Source of the DNA: Bacilli bacterium
GTDB taxonomy: Bacteria; Bacillota_I; Bacilli_A; RFN20; CAG-826
DNA length: 64,000 nucleotides
NCBI GenBank assembly: GCA_045601325.1
Contig: JAZRZI010000008.1
Location: 2,961-66,960, forward strand
Reading direction: 5' to 3'
Positions 31,698 to 41,339 of the stretch are shown here, one piece after another. How positions within the stretch are numbered: position 1 is the stretch's first letter; every line of letters starts with the position of its first letter. Position numbers and translations under genes: made by a program. The notes beneath the pieces are model-generated. The model did not search any database. It saw nothing but the letters and a program-made list of their open reading frames with translations, and was not told the DNA's origin.

Positions 31698-32975
31698 TTA
31701 TCTTGCTTCCTTATCTAAACGATCAGCAACAAGTTGGCAATTATTATAGATTTCTTCTATAGGTTGACCGACAAAAAATTCTCCATCATCATAAAGAATC
31801 TTTCCGTTAATCATCGTCATTTTAATAATATCTTTTGAACCACTATAAACTATGTTATTAACAATGCTATTTAATGGCTGCATATTAGGTCTAGTTAAAT
31901 CAATTTCAATTAAATCTGCTAATTTATTTACTTCCAAAATGTCAGCATCAAATAATCCCATTGCATGAGCTCCATTGACAGTTGCCATCTTAAGAATTTC
32001 ATATGCAGGTAACGCTTTAGGGTCACTATTTTGCAATTTTCCAAGTGAATAAACCAATTGCATTTCTTTGAACATGTCTAAACAATTGTTACTTGCTGGC
32101 CCATCTGTACCTATGCAAACATTTAACCCACTTTCTAAATATTTACTTACAGGACATATACCACTCGCTAGCTTTGAGTTACTGCCAGGGCAAGTAACTA
32201 CTGATACATTATGTTTTTTAAATATTTCGATATCTTTATCATCTAAATAGTTGCAATGAAAAGCGACACCACCATTTTCATAAAATCCCAAGGATTCAAA
32301 AAATTGAATTGGTGAAAAACCATTGTGTCTTTTCTTGCACTCTTCAACTTCACTTAATGTTTCGGAAGTATGAGTAGCGAAAGGAGATTTCGTTTCTTTT
32401 AAAACTCTTGAAGTTACCTCGTAATCAATATTTTCAGAAGTGTATTCAGCGTGTAGACCAATCACATATGTGACTAAACTATTTTTACTAGAGTTGAAAT
32501 CAAAGTAGTAATCTTTCAAATTTTCCTCTGATGTGTAATTAGAATAAGTGCCTTGCAAAACAGCACGCATGCCAAATTCTTCTGCCGCTTTAGCGGTTGA
32601 TAAAGGATAGAAATATTGGTCATAACAAGCAGTTATTCCACTAGTCAAATATTCTAAAAATGCGACTTTAGATAAGTGATATGGATCTTCAACTTTCAAA
32701 TGTCTTTCCCTAGGAAACACAACATTAAAAAGCCAATCTTGCAACGAAAGATCATCTGCACAACTGCGTAAAAATGTCATCGCACTATGAGTGTGTACGT
32801 TCTTAAAGCCAGGCATAACAACATTGCCGTTGCATTCTCTAATAACATCAAATGGTGAGAACTTCTTATAATCTTCACCAATATATGCAATTCTATTTTC
32901 AAATATTACAATATTCGAGAGAAATATAGGAGTGTTATCCATTTTTAACACCCTAGCATTTTTAAGTAAAATTTT
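31698..32975 (-). CDS. Metal-dependent amidohydrolase, MTA/SAH deaminase (MtaD)-like
   Basis: NVHTHSAMT metal-binding motif, ~425 aa and other amidohydrolase-1 features. Confidence 0.65.
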   Translation of the reverse strand, partial: KILLKNARVLKMDNTPIFLSNIVIFENRIAYIGEDYKKFSPFDVIRECNGNVVMPGFKNVHTHSAMTFLRSCADDLSLQDWLFNVVFPRERHLKVEDPYHLSKVAFLEYLTSGITACYDQYFYPLSTAKAAEEFGMRAVLQGTYSNYTSEENLKDYYFDFNSSKNSLVTYVIGLHAEYTSENIDYEVTSRVLKETKSPFATHTSETLSEVEECKKRHNGFSPIQFFESLGFYENGGVAFHCNYLDDKDIEIFKKHNVSVVTCPGSNSKLASGICPVSKYLESGLNVCIGTDGPASNNCLDMFKEMQLVYSLGKLQNSDPKALPAYEILKMATVNGAHAMGLFDADILEVNKLADLIEIDLTRPNMQPLNSIVNNIVYSGSKDIIKMTMINGKILYDDGEFFVGQPIEEIYNNCQLVADRLDKEAR

Positions 32976-33046
32976 CATACAATGCATTTTATCATTAACT
33001 TTTTGTTTTTGTATACAAAAAGCAACACATTTGTTAAATTATAAAT

Positions 33047-34723
33047 ATGAAAAACGAACAAAATAACAATGTAAAAGTGCTATGCACAAAAAAGATTCAA
33101 CCTAAAAAAATTGAACCAACAACTAAAAATAAGAAGAAAAAGAAGAAACATATATTTGGAAAAATCCTCCTTACATTTTTCATCGTTTTTATTGTTTTAC
33201 CAATTGGTTTAGTCTATGCATTATGTTACACAAATAAATGGGAAGACATTAAAGCTACCGATGAGACCACTGAAGAAATATTTAATAGAATAAAAGTTGA
33301 TTCACTAGATTACTCAACATCCGCATATAATCCAAGAGTACAATTGAGATTAACTCAAGATGATTTGAATGGATTTTTAAAGCAATACACACAAGAATTC
33401 ACAACCGATAATCCTTTGATGAAATTTGTAAATAATTTCTATATCAAGATCGAGGACAACCAATACGAATTCGTTTTTGAAATAAAAACAAAAATTTTCT
33501 GTACAAAGCTAATCTTACAAGCTGAATTCCAAGAAATAGGTAATAGAGAAGATTACACAAAATCATATTTTGATTTTAAAATAAAAACATTAAAAGTTGG
33601 AAGATTATCAGGATTTGATGCATTGATTATCAAATTAGTAAATTCTGAAACAATCACATCTTTCTTTAATGATGCAGGCATAAGTGCACAAGTCGATTTA
33701 GAAAATAAAGAAATCAAATATTATGAAAAAGATTTAATCGAAGATATAAAGAAGCAAGAAGGCTTTGAAGATGATGATTTATACTTTTCTGTTGTCAATG
33801 ACGCTTTGCAAAGAAGAATGCTTAAGTTCGATTTTAACAGCGATAATTCGTTAACAGTTTCAGCATCTTTGAAAGATATGAAATATAACGATACTTATTG
33901 TGATCATAATAAGGAATTGGGTTACAACTTTTCCGAGAAAAGAGAAATGGTTGTTCAAGCCCTAAATGAAGGCATTATAAACGAAGATAACGCAGGAAAC
34001 TTATTTGATTATCTAATTCATGGTTATGAATTTGCTAAACAAGATAATACAGTTAGAATGCAATTTACAGGTGACATTTTTAAAACTCTTGGTATCGATG
34101 ATGTCGCAACATACGAAGGATATGAAAAAATCAGTATTTTAAACCATGATTATGCAACACTTGATAGCAGGATTGCAAATTCAGTAGATCCAACTAATTT
34201 AGCAACAGGTGGAGTCATTGCCTCGCTTAATGAAAATGACATTAATAACTTTATTCGTGCTTCTGAAATGATTGGCGTAAAATCTCTATTTATGAGAAAA
34301 ACAAGCGAAACAGAATGGAAAGCAAATTATGTTGCTATTAATGATTTCTATTGTGACATCGTAGATAATGGCGTCAATTATGTTGTAGGCATTGATATCA
34401 ATGGTTATAACACAGTTCTAAGTTTTGTCACTACTTTTGAAAATATTGAAGGTTATAAATTAAGTTTTAATACAGACAAAGTTTACTATGGCAATACAGA
34501 AGCAACCGAATCAATGAAAATTGTTATCTTAAGCATATTAGAAAGTGCAATTAACGCGGATGCCACTATGGGTGTTGAAATAGTAAATAACCATTTCATA
34601 TTTGATTTTGCTTCGGGTATTGAAGAAAGCGGGTATGGAAATTATATTGATCCATCGAGAGGAAGAATCGAAGTAAAAGATTCCACTGATGGCAATGGTA
34701 GAATTAATTTCCTACTGAATTAA
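33047..34723 (+). CDS. Membrane-anchored hypothetical protein with a Lys-rich cytoplasmic N-terminus and a large extracytoplasmic domain
   Basis: A poly-K stretch, a single N-terminal TM, and no recognisable motifs. Confidence 0.35.
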   Translation: MKNEQNNNVKVLCTKKIQPKKIEPTTKNKKKKKKHIFGKILLTFFIVFIVLPIGLVYALCYTNKWEDIKATDETTEEIFNRIKVDSLDYSTSAYNPRVQLRLTQDDLNGFLKQYTQEFTTDNPLMKFVNNFYIKIEDNQYEFVFEIKTKIFCTKLILQAEFQEIGNREDYTKSYFDFKIKTLKVGRLSGFDALIIKLVNSETITSFFNDAGISAQVDLENKEIKYYEKDLIEDIKKQEGFEDDDLYFSVVNDALQRRMLKFDFNSDNSLTVSASLKDMKYNDTYCDHNKELGYNFSEKREMVVQALNEGIINEDNAGNLFDYLIHGYEFAKQDNTVRMQFTGDIFKTLGIDDVATYEGYEKISILNHDYATLDSRIANSVDPTNLATGGVIASLNENDINNFIRASEMIGVKSLFMRKTSETEWKANYVAINDFYCDIVDNGVNYVVGIDINGYNTVLSFVTTFENIEGYKLSFNTDKVYYGNTEATESMKIVILSILESAINADATMGVEIVNNHFIFDFASGIEESGYGNYIDPSRGRIEVKDSTDGNGRINFLLN

Positions 34724-34744
34724 CCAGTTTTAACTGGTTTTTAT
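34723..34744. terminator. Bidirectional terminator between convergent genes
   Basis: ccagtt-tt-aactgg hairpin followed by TTTTT. Confidence 0.45.
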
Positions 34745-35520
34745 GAAATTTCTAAAAACTCAATTAGTTTTAAATTATATTTTTTTACTAGTTCGTACGC
34801 TTTATCAATGCGTTCATCAGGATTAAATATAAAACATGGATTATGAGCGTCTAAACCGATAATAACAGTGTTTCCAATTTCTCCAGCAATAGAGAAGAAC
34901 TCTTCGGAAGGATATGTCCTTTGGCTATCTCTAAACCATCCTCCAACATTAATTTCTAATGGAGTGTTTGTTTCTTTAGCTTTGATGCATATTCTTCTAA
35001 ACTGTTCTAATACATGTGGGGTAATATTTGTCGTCCAACAAATGAATAAATCAGGATGAGCGACATATGAAAATAAGCCAGTATCTAATCCTTGGCAAAT
35101 AAAGTCTGTATATTGAGTCATTTCTTCTTCGAGAACTTCATCTCCTAATATGTAATGTCTTTGACCGGTTGGTACAAATACGTCATGTTGACCCAAAATA
35201 AAATATTCAATTCCTATTTCCTTTAGATGCTTATAATGTTCTTCACATCCAGGAAGATATAATGCTTCTAAACCTATATGAATCTCAATTTGATCTTTAT
35301 ATTTATCTTTTAACTCCTTAAGTGAAGAAATATAGCCTTTGACGTATTCAATTCCACCATTTCCATTGTTGTACCATTCAAATTCAGAAATTTCTTCGTG
35401 ATCTGCAAAACCAAGCACCTTAATGCCAGCTTTAATAGCAGCTAAAACATACTCTTCATCTTTTCCTTGAGCATGCATGCACCTATATGTATGTGTGTGG
35501 TAATTTGCTTTTATATACAT
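34741..35520 (-). CDS. PHP-family phosphoesterase (histidinol-phosphatase HisK/HisJ-like)
   Basis: N-terminal HTHTxxxxH (NYHTHTYRCMHA) plus downstream His/Asp metal ligands. Confidence 0.65.
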   Translation of the reverse strand: MYIKANYHTHTYRCMHAQGKDEEYVLAAIKAGIKVLGFADHEEISEFEWYNNGNGGIEYVKGYISSLKELKDKYKDQIEIHIGLEALYLPGCEEHYKHLKEIGIEYFILGQHDVFVPTGQRHYILGDEVLEEEMTQYTDFICQGLDTGLFSYVAHPDLFICWTTNITPHVLEQFRRICIKAKETNTPLEINVGGWFRDSQRTYPSEEFFSIAGEIGNTVIIGLDAHNPCFIFNPDERIDKAYELVKKYNLKLIEFLEIS

Positions 35521-36146
35521 TAAATAACTTTCTTAAATTCCTTAAACCATTTATTTGCGATGACATCCGCACCAATTAGGTTGCTATGAACGCCATCATA
35601 CAAAACATAAGTATTGCCGTATTTTGCTGCGGCTTTATCTAGCTCACTTTGCAATTTCACAAAGTGACAATTAAATTCTTTTGCTAATTTCTTTGCACCT
35701 TTTGCGTATTTGTACACTAAAGAAAAGAGTTCTAAATTGCCTTCTGTTGCAGGGCCTTTAATAAAGAAAGGTTCGCAAACCATAATCTTTGTGTTAGGAA
35801 GTTTCTCCTTAAGATTTTTTAATAACTCACGGTAATTAGATAAATACTTGCGATATGAATTTCCATTATTAATAACATGATGCCAAACATCATTAACACC
35901 AATCATGATGCTAAGAACATCAGGATTTTTAGCCACTACATCTGTCTCATATCTTTTTAATAGCTCAGTAGTTCTATCTCCACCACAACCAACATTAATT
36001 GTTTCAATACATTGAGAATCATATTTCATTAACAATGTTGCTACTTGGAAAACATATCCATTCCCATAAGAAAATACTTTATCAACCTTTTCATCACGAG
36101 AGCGACACATATCTGTCAAAGAATCACCAAAAAATACAACTTTCAT
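35520..36146 (-). CDS. SGNH/GDSL-family hydrolase
   Basis: VVFFGDSLTD block I, GxND and DGVH blocks. Confidence 0.7.
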   Translation of the reverse strand: MKVVFFGDSLTDMCRSRDEKVDKVFSYGNGYVFQVATLLMKYDSQCIETINVGCGGDRTTELLKRYETDVVAKNPDVLSIMIGVNDVWHHVINNGNSYRKYLSNYRELLKNLKEKLPNTKIMVCEPFFIKGPATEGNLELFSLVYKYAKGAKKLAKEFNCHFVKLQSELDKAAAKYGNTYVLYDGVHSNLIGADVIANKWFKEFKKVI

Positions 36147-36147
36147 A

Positions 36148-37185
36148 CTATTTCACCATTTCATGTAATTTGTCTAAATTATCAAATATATCCTTAGCTA
36201 ATGTTAATTGAGTTCTGCATCTAACTAAGTTATGTTCATCAAATTTTGTGTGGAAATAAACATCTCCATCAAGATAGTCTGTTAAGAATCTAATACCACA
36301 TTCATATGTTAATAAGAATGCACTATAAGGTAGCAATTCTAACTCTCTTGGGGATAAGACAGTTCTCATTTCGCTTAAATATGCATTTGCGTAATTTTTA
36401 TATAACTCGTAATTAACTTTAAGTTTGGAAAGATCTCTACTATCTTCATTAGTGCCTGTGAACAAGCTTCTAAGAGCGTCGCCAAAGTCAAATAAATAAC
36501 TACCAGGCATAATAGTATCCAAATCGATAATACATCTAGCATCGTCTGTTTTAGCGTCAAATAATGCATTATTAATTTTAGGGTCATTATGGGTAATGCT
36601 TAGTGGAATGCTTCCATCTTGTAAACCAGACATAATCTTATCTATTTCTTTTTCATAAGATAACGCTAATTCAATTTCAGGCATACAAGTTGATTTACGT
36701 CCTTTAACATCCTTTGCAATACTTGCTAATAAATCTCTAAATCTTTTTGGAGTATTGTGAAAATTAGGAATTACTTCGTAAAGTTTGCTTGCATCAAAAT
36801 CTCTTAAGCATTTATGGAATTTACCATATGCGACCGCATCTTTGATTAATGTTTCTGTGTCGGTAACTTCCTCCAAAGTAACAGAGTTTTCTACAAAGTC
36901 ATATAAACGGAAGTATTTGTCACCTTCTTGATGATATAACTCATCTTTTAAAGTGCGAATAATCTTCAAAGATTCAATACCCTTCTTTTCCAAGTTAGAA
37001 GTGACATATTCAATGTTTGCCATTAATTCATCGACATTTTTAAATGCGACTGTATTAATTTGTTGAAGAATATATCTTCTTTTTGAAGTAACAACTAAAT
37101 ATGTTCTATTGATGTGACCATTTCCATATGGTTCGCAAGATAAAACATCACCTTCGATTTTAAATTGTTTGATAATATTTGCCAT
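36148..37185 (-). CDS. APH-family small-molecule kinase (N-acetylhexosamine kinase NahK- or MtnK-like)
   Basis: Nucleotide loop EPYGNGHINRTYLV, Brenner motif HNDPKINN and a DLD metal-binding motif. Confidence 0.6.
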   Translation of the reverse strand: MANIIKQFKIEGDVLSCEPYGNGHINRTYLVVTSKRRYILQQINTVAFKNVDELMANIEYVTSNLEKKGIESLKIIRTLKDELYHQEGDKYFRLYDFVENSVTLEEVTDTETLIKDAVAYGKFHKCLRDFDASKLYEVIPNFHNTPKRFRDLLASIAKDVKGRKSTCMPEIELALSYEKEIDKIMSGLQDGSIPLSITHNDPKINNALFDAKTDDARCIIDLDTIMPGSYLFDFGDALRSLFTGTNEDSRDLSKLKVNYELYKNYANAYLSEMRTVLSPRELELLPYSAFLLTYECGIRFLTDYLDGDVYFHTKFDEHNLVRCRTQLTLAKDIFDNLDKLHEMVK

Positions 37186-37256
37186 ATAATTCGTATTATT
37201 CAGTTAAGCCTAGTTTGATGACTGAATAACTTTCTCCTTTCTAGGCTATAATCCCC

Positions 37257-37937
37257 TTAACTATGTAAGTTTTCAAATAAAATTAAATCTTCCTTCGTCG
37301 TAATTTTGAAATTCAATTTGGAGCCATTAACTAAATACACAGGAATATTCAGTTTGCTTACTAATTGAGCGTCGTCGCTTGCGTCGCTATCCTTAAACAT
37401 TTCATGAGCTTTTTTAATTACTCCTAATTTAAACGTTTGAGGTGTTTGAGCTTGATAAAGTTCTTTTCTACTGCAAGTATCCGTCAAAGTATTTGCATTT
37501 GCGCTTTTAATAATTGTATCGGTTACAGGTATGACAGTTTCTACTGCGTCAAAAGTTTTACCAGCGATGATATTTTCATTGATAATCTCTTGAGATACAT
37601 TCGCTCTTGCAGCGTCATGAATTAATACCACATCATTATAATTAACCCCTAATGCTTCTAATGCACATAATCCATTATAAGATGATGCTTGTCTTGTATC
37701 TCCACCTACGAGAACGGCGTTAACCTTAGATAATCCAAATTCTTTCGCCCATTCTTTGACTTTTACTATGTAATCTCTCAAAGTCACCACAACAATCATG
37801 TCAATATTTTGGTTATTTTGAAAAGCCTCTAAAGTATAAATAAGAAGAGGTTTGTTATTTACTAATATGAATTGTTTGGGCGTGGATTCTTTCATTCTTG
37901 TTCCACTGCCAGAAGCTAAGACTAACGCGATATTCAT
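37257..37937 (-). CDS. IspD/TarI-family cytidylyltransferase
   Basis: ALVLASGSGTRM...PKQF signature. The upstream in-frame extension to 38039 is probably not translated. Confidence 0.7.
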   Translation of the reverse strand: MNIALVLASGSGTRMKESTPKQFILVNNKPLLIYTLEAFQNNQNIDMIVVVTLRDYIVKVKEWAKEFGLSKVNAVLVGGDTRQASSYNGLCALEALGVNYNDVVLIHDAARANVSQEIINENIIAGKTFDAVETVIPVTDTIIKSANANTLTDTCSRKELYQAQTPQTFKLGVIKKAHEMFKDSDASDDAQLVSKLNIPVYLVNGSKLNFKITTKEDLILFENLHS

Positions 37938-37945
37938 ACTTTTAA

Positions 37946-38749
37946 TTATTTGATATCCCTTTTTATAAAAGTGATCGTTCCAAGAATCGCAAACACAATT
38001 GCCCATCCTAAAGGACAAACAATAGAAGCGAGGAACCACGTTTGATTCATACCTCTACACATAGTAGATATAACTCCAAAACTAAATATAGGGTTTAGCC
38101 AACCTTGAATGCCGATAACAAACTCTTCTTCTTGTTTGCCGATATTTTCAAGTGTTGGAATAATTGCGAGAAATAATAGAAACACGATTGGGACAATAAC
38201 TAATGGCATCGAACCACCGATGTTTCTTGTAAGAGTGGCCATAAATATGGTGAAAGTAACAATAAAAACATATGTTGCTAGTGCCATAAGTGGGTATTGA
38301 TATAGTAGACTAGGTACAAATTGTCCTAATGTTGTGGAACCATTCTTGTCAAAACCACCAATAATTGAAGCGACACCAACTGATAAACCAAAATAAATTG
38401 TCATCAAAGAGATGGTGAAAATTAAGCCTATCAATAATAAAGAAAAGTAGATAGAACTCTTTTTGTGACCCGCAATAATCTTATTTCTAATCGTGCCACA
38501 ATTAAATTCACCAATAGTAAATACAATTAAATTAATAGGAACAGTTAATCCAAAGTTTTGAGTTGGAGACAAGCTGGAAATAAACATGTTTTGTCCATTA
38601 CATACGGCGCCGACATTGTCTCCAAGCAAATCAATGCCAAAATACACTAAGTTCATAAACACTGCTAAAGCAACGCCGATGATTAATGTGATTCTAAAAG
38701 TCCAGTCTTTAAATAACTTATAGAGAGCAGATTTAATGATATTAGCCAT
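37946..38749 (-). CDS. ABC-2 type transporter permease
   Basis: Six-TM profile. It overlaps the upstream ATPase gene. Confidence 0.6.
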   Translation of the reverse strand: MANIIKSALYKLFKDWTFRITLIIGVALAVFMNLVYFGIDLLGDNVGAVCNGQNMFISSLSPTQNFGLTVPINLIVFTIGEFNCGTIRNKIIAGHKKSSIYFSLLLIGLIFTISLMTIYFGLSVGVASIIGGFDKNGSTTLGQFVPSLLYQYPLMALATYVFIVTFTIFMATLTRNIGGSMPLVIVPIVFLLFLAIIPTLENIGKQEEEFVIGIQGWLNPIFSFGVISTMCRGMNQTWFLASIVCPLGWAIVFAILGTITFIKRDIK

Positions 38750-39653
38750 TATTACTACCTCCTATAAGATTAAGATAATAATCTTCAACATTTCCTTCAC
38801 GGGTGCGAATGTCTAAAACATCGAGACCGACTTTATGAAGTCTTTCTAGTAATTCTAAAGGAGTGACATCGTCAAAAACTCGAATATATGTCACATAGTT
38901 CTTATAATCTTTAAAACCTGCCTTTGCTAAAGCTACTTCAACTTCAGATAAATCTTGATGTTTAATGTCGATTGCTTTAATACAATCTTTTACTAAATCA
39001 TCAGCAGATATTTCTTTTAATAATTTACCTTTTTGGATGAAACCATAATGAGTTGCAACCTTTTCAAGTTCAGAAAGGATGTGAGAAGAAATTAAGAAAG
39101 TAATCCCTTGTTGATTTAAAGAGGTTATAAGATTTCTTAATTCCGCAATACCAGCAGGATCTAAACCATTCATAGGTTCATCAAGAAGCATAAGTTTAGG
39201 TTTATTTAAAAGCAAAACCGCGATACCTAAACGTTGTCTCATACCTAAAGAAAAGTTTTTAACTTTCTTTTTGCCAGTATCTGCTAGCTCAACATCTTTT
39301 AATACCTTATCAATAATTGAGAAATCCTTAACACCATAATACATACAAGCGAATTTTAGATTTTCTTTAGCGGTCATTGTAGGCACCAAAGAAGGAGCTT
39401 CAATAATGGCGGAAATGTTATTTCTAACTTTATATATTTTTGAATCTTTTGCATTAACATTAAACAAAGCATAAGTTCCATCATTAGGAATTGCTAAACC
39501 CATAAGCAAACGCATAATGGTTGTTTTACCACTACCATTTTCTCCAACAAATCCATATACAGAACCGAGTGGGACATGCATATTTACTTTGTTAACAGCT
39601 ACATTGGTACTATATTTTTTAGTAAGGTTATTTGTTACAATTGCGTATTCCAT
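38742..39653 (-). CDS. ABC transporter ATP-binding protein
   Basis: Walker A GENGSGKTT, signature FSLGMRQRL and Walker B LMLLDEP. The ATG at 39653 has an AGGAGG RBS; the track's extension to 39731 is AT-rich spacer. Confidence 0.85.
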   Translation of the reverse strand: MEYAIVTNNLTKKYSTNVAVNKVNMHVPLGSVYGFVGENGSGKTTIMRLLMGLAIPNDGTYALFNVNAKDSKIYKVRNNISAIIEAPSLVPTMTAKENLKFACMYYGVKDFSIIDKVLKDVELADTGKKKVKNFSLGMRQRLGIAVLLLNKPKLMLLDEPMNGLDPAGIAELRNLITSLNQQGITFLISSHILSELEKVATHYGFIQKGKLLKEISADDLVKDCIKAIDIKHQDLSEVEVALAKAGFKDYKNYVTYIRVFDDVTPLELLERLHKVGLDVLDIRTREGNVEDYYLNLIGGSNNG

Positions 39654-39758
39654 AAATATCCTCCTTTTAATAATTATAATAATTATTATTTTAAAAATAA
39701 AGGTGCGAGAGATTAAAAAAAGTTCCAACACGCAAGTATTGAAACTTATTTTTTAAAG

Positions 39759-39850
39759 TGGCGGAGTAAGAGAGACTCGAACTCTCGCACCAGTTAACCC
39801 GATCTACGTCCTTAGCAGGGACGCCCCTTCACCAACTTGGGTATTACTCC
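39759..39850 (-). tRNA. tRNA-Ser (anticodon GCU), long variable arm
   Basis: The reverse complement folds as GGAGTAA.../...TTACTCC+G+CCA with anticodon loop CTGCTAA, 92 nt. A TATAAT lies ~11 nt upstream on the minus strand. Confidence 0.8.
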
Positions 39851-39900
39851 AACGGACGCTCATTATAATAACATAACAAGCGTAAATATAGAAATTATTT

Positions 39901-41337
39901 TTAATATGCCTTAGCAAATAAAACAACTTTTGTAGCTTTTTTGCCACATACTGGACAGGTGACATCAAAAGAAATTTGATTGAATGGAATGCATCTAGCA
40001 GTAGCGTTAGTCAATTCCTTAATCTTATCTTCACATTCTTGATCGCCACACCACATCATCTTAGCGTAGCCACCTTTTTCTAATGCAGCATTTAATTCTT
40101 CTAAGTTATGAATTTCTGTGACGTGATCTAATAAATATCTATATGCCTTTTCATACATTGCTTTGTGAATTTGTGGGATTAATTCATTAATCTTATCCAC
40201 CATTTCTTCTTTTTTAACAGTAATTTTTTCACCATTGTAACGTGTAGCAATAGTGACGTTTCCTGCTTCGATATCTCTAGGGCCAATTTCAATTCTTAAT
40301 GGAACGCCTTTCATTTCATATTCAGCAAACTTCCAACCAGGAGATTTATCAGATTCATCTAATTTAACTCTTAAGCCAGCATCTTTAATCATCTTAGCTA
40401 ATTCTCTAGCAGCAGGAATAACACCTGGTTTTTGTGCCGCTACAGGAATAACAACAGCTTGGATAGGTGCGACATATGGAGGTAAGGATAAACCATTATC
40501 GTCGCCGTGAACCATAATGATAGCGCCGAGTAATCTAGTAGAAACACCCCAAGATGTTTGATGTGGATGTGCTAATTTTCCATCTCTTCCTTGGAAGGTG
40601 ACACCAAAGGCTTCCGAGAAGCCAGTACCAAAATAGTGAGTTGTGCCAGATTGTAAACCTTTTCCGTCAGGCATTAAAGCTTCAATAGAATAAGTTTCCA
40701 TTGCCCCAGCAAATTTTTCTTTTTCAGTTTTTCTACCTTTAACGAAAGGAATAGCAAGTAAATCTCTGCCACAATCGTCATAGATTTCTAACATTCTTAA
40801 AGCTTCTGTTCTAGCTTCTTCTTCAGTTTCGTGCATTGTGTGGCCTTCTTGCCATAAGAATTCAGCACCTCTTAAGAATGGACGAGTTGTCTTTTCCCAT
40901 CTCACCACAGAACACCATTGGTTATAAAGTTTTGGTAAATCTCTATATGAAGAAATGATTTTTGCGTAATGTTCGGTGAATAATGTTTCACTCGTTGGAC
41001 GGATAATAAGTGGGTCTTCAATAGGAGCGCCACCACCAATATTTGCCACTAAGCATTCAGGTGCAAAGCCTTCAACGTGGTCCTTTTCTTTTTGAAGCAA
41101 AGATTCAGGAATAACAGTTGGCATGTAAACATTTTCATGACCAGTTTCTTTAAATTTCTTGTTCAAATATTCTTGAATTTGTTCCCAAATGGCATAACCA
41201 TAAGGTCTATAAATGATAAAGCCTTTAACAGAACTATAATCCATTAATTCAGCTTTTTTACAGACGTCAGTATACCATTGTGCAAAGTCATCTTCTTGAC
41301 GTGTAATGGAATCATTTTTAATTTGATTATTTCCCAT
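39901..41337 (-). CDS. proS: Prolyl-tRNA synthetase (archaeal/eukaryote-like form with a C-terminal zinc-binding domain)
   Basis: Class II aaRS motifs, no INS editing domain, and a C-terminal CPVCGKK zinc motif. 478 aa. Confidence 0.9.
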   Translation of the reverse strand: MGNNQIKNDSITRQEDDFAQWYTDVCKKAELMDYSSVKGFIIYRPYGYAIWEQIQEYLNKKFKETGHENVYMPTVIPESLLQKEKDHVEGFAPECLVANIGGGAPIEDPLIIRPTSETLFTEHYAKIISSYRDLPKLYNQWCSVVRWEKTTRPFLRGAEFLWQEGHTMHETEEEARTEALRMLEIYDDCGRDLLAIPFVKGRKTEKEKFAGAMETYSIEALMPDGKGLQSGTTHYFGTGFSEAFGVTFQGRDGKLAHPHQTSWGVSTRLLGAIIMVHGDDNGLSLPPYVAPIQAVVIPVAAQKPGVIPAARELAKMIKDAGLRVKLDESDKSPGWKFAEYEMKGVPLRIEIGPRDIEAGNVTIATRYNGEKITVKKEEMVDKINELIPQIHKAMYEKAYRYLLDHVTEIHNLEELNAALEKGGYAKMMWCGDQECEDKIKELTNATARCIPFNQISFDVTCPVCGKKATKVVLFAKAY

Positions 41338-41339
41338 AT

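Noticed and set aside
38742-39731. The N-terminal extension of the ABC ATPase ORF, which contains a run of seven Ile codons.
   Set aside because: The extension is translated AT-rich spacer (ataattataataattattatt). A strong AGGAGG RBS precedes the internal ATG at 39653, and the Walker A motif follows shortly after.
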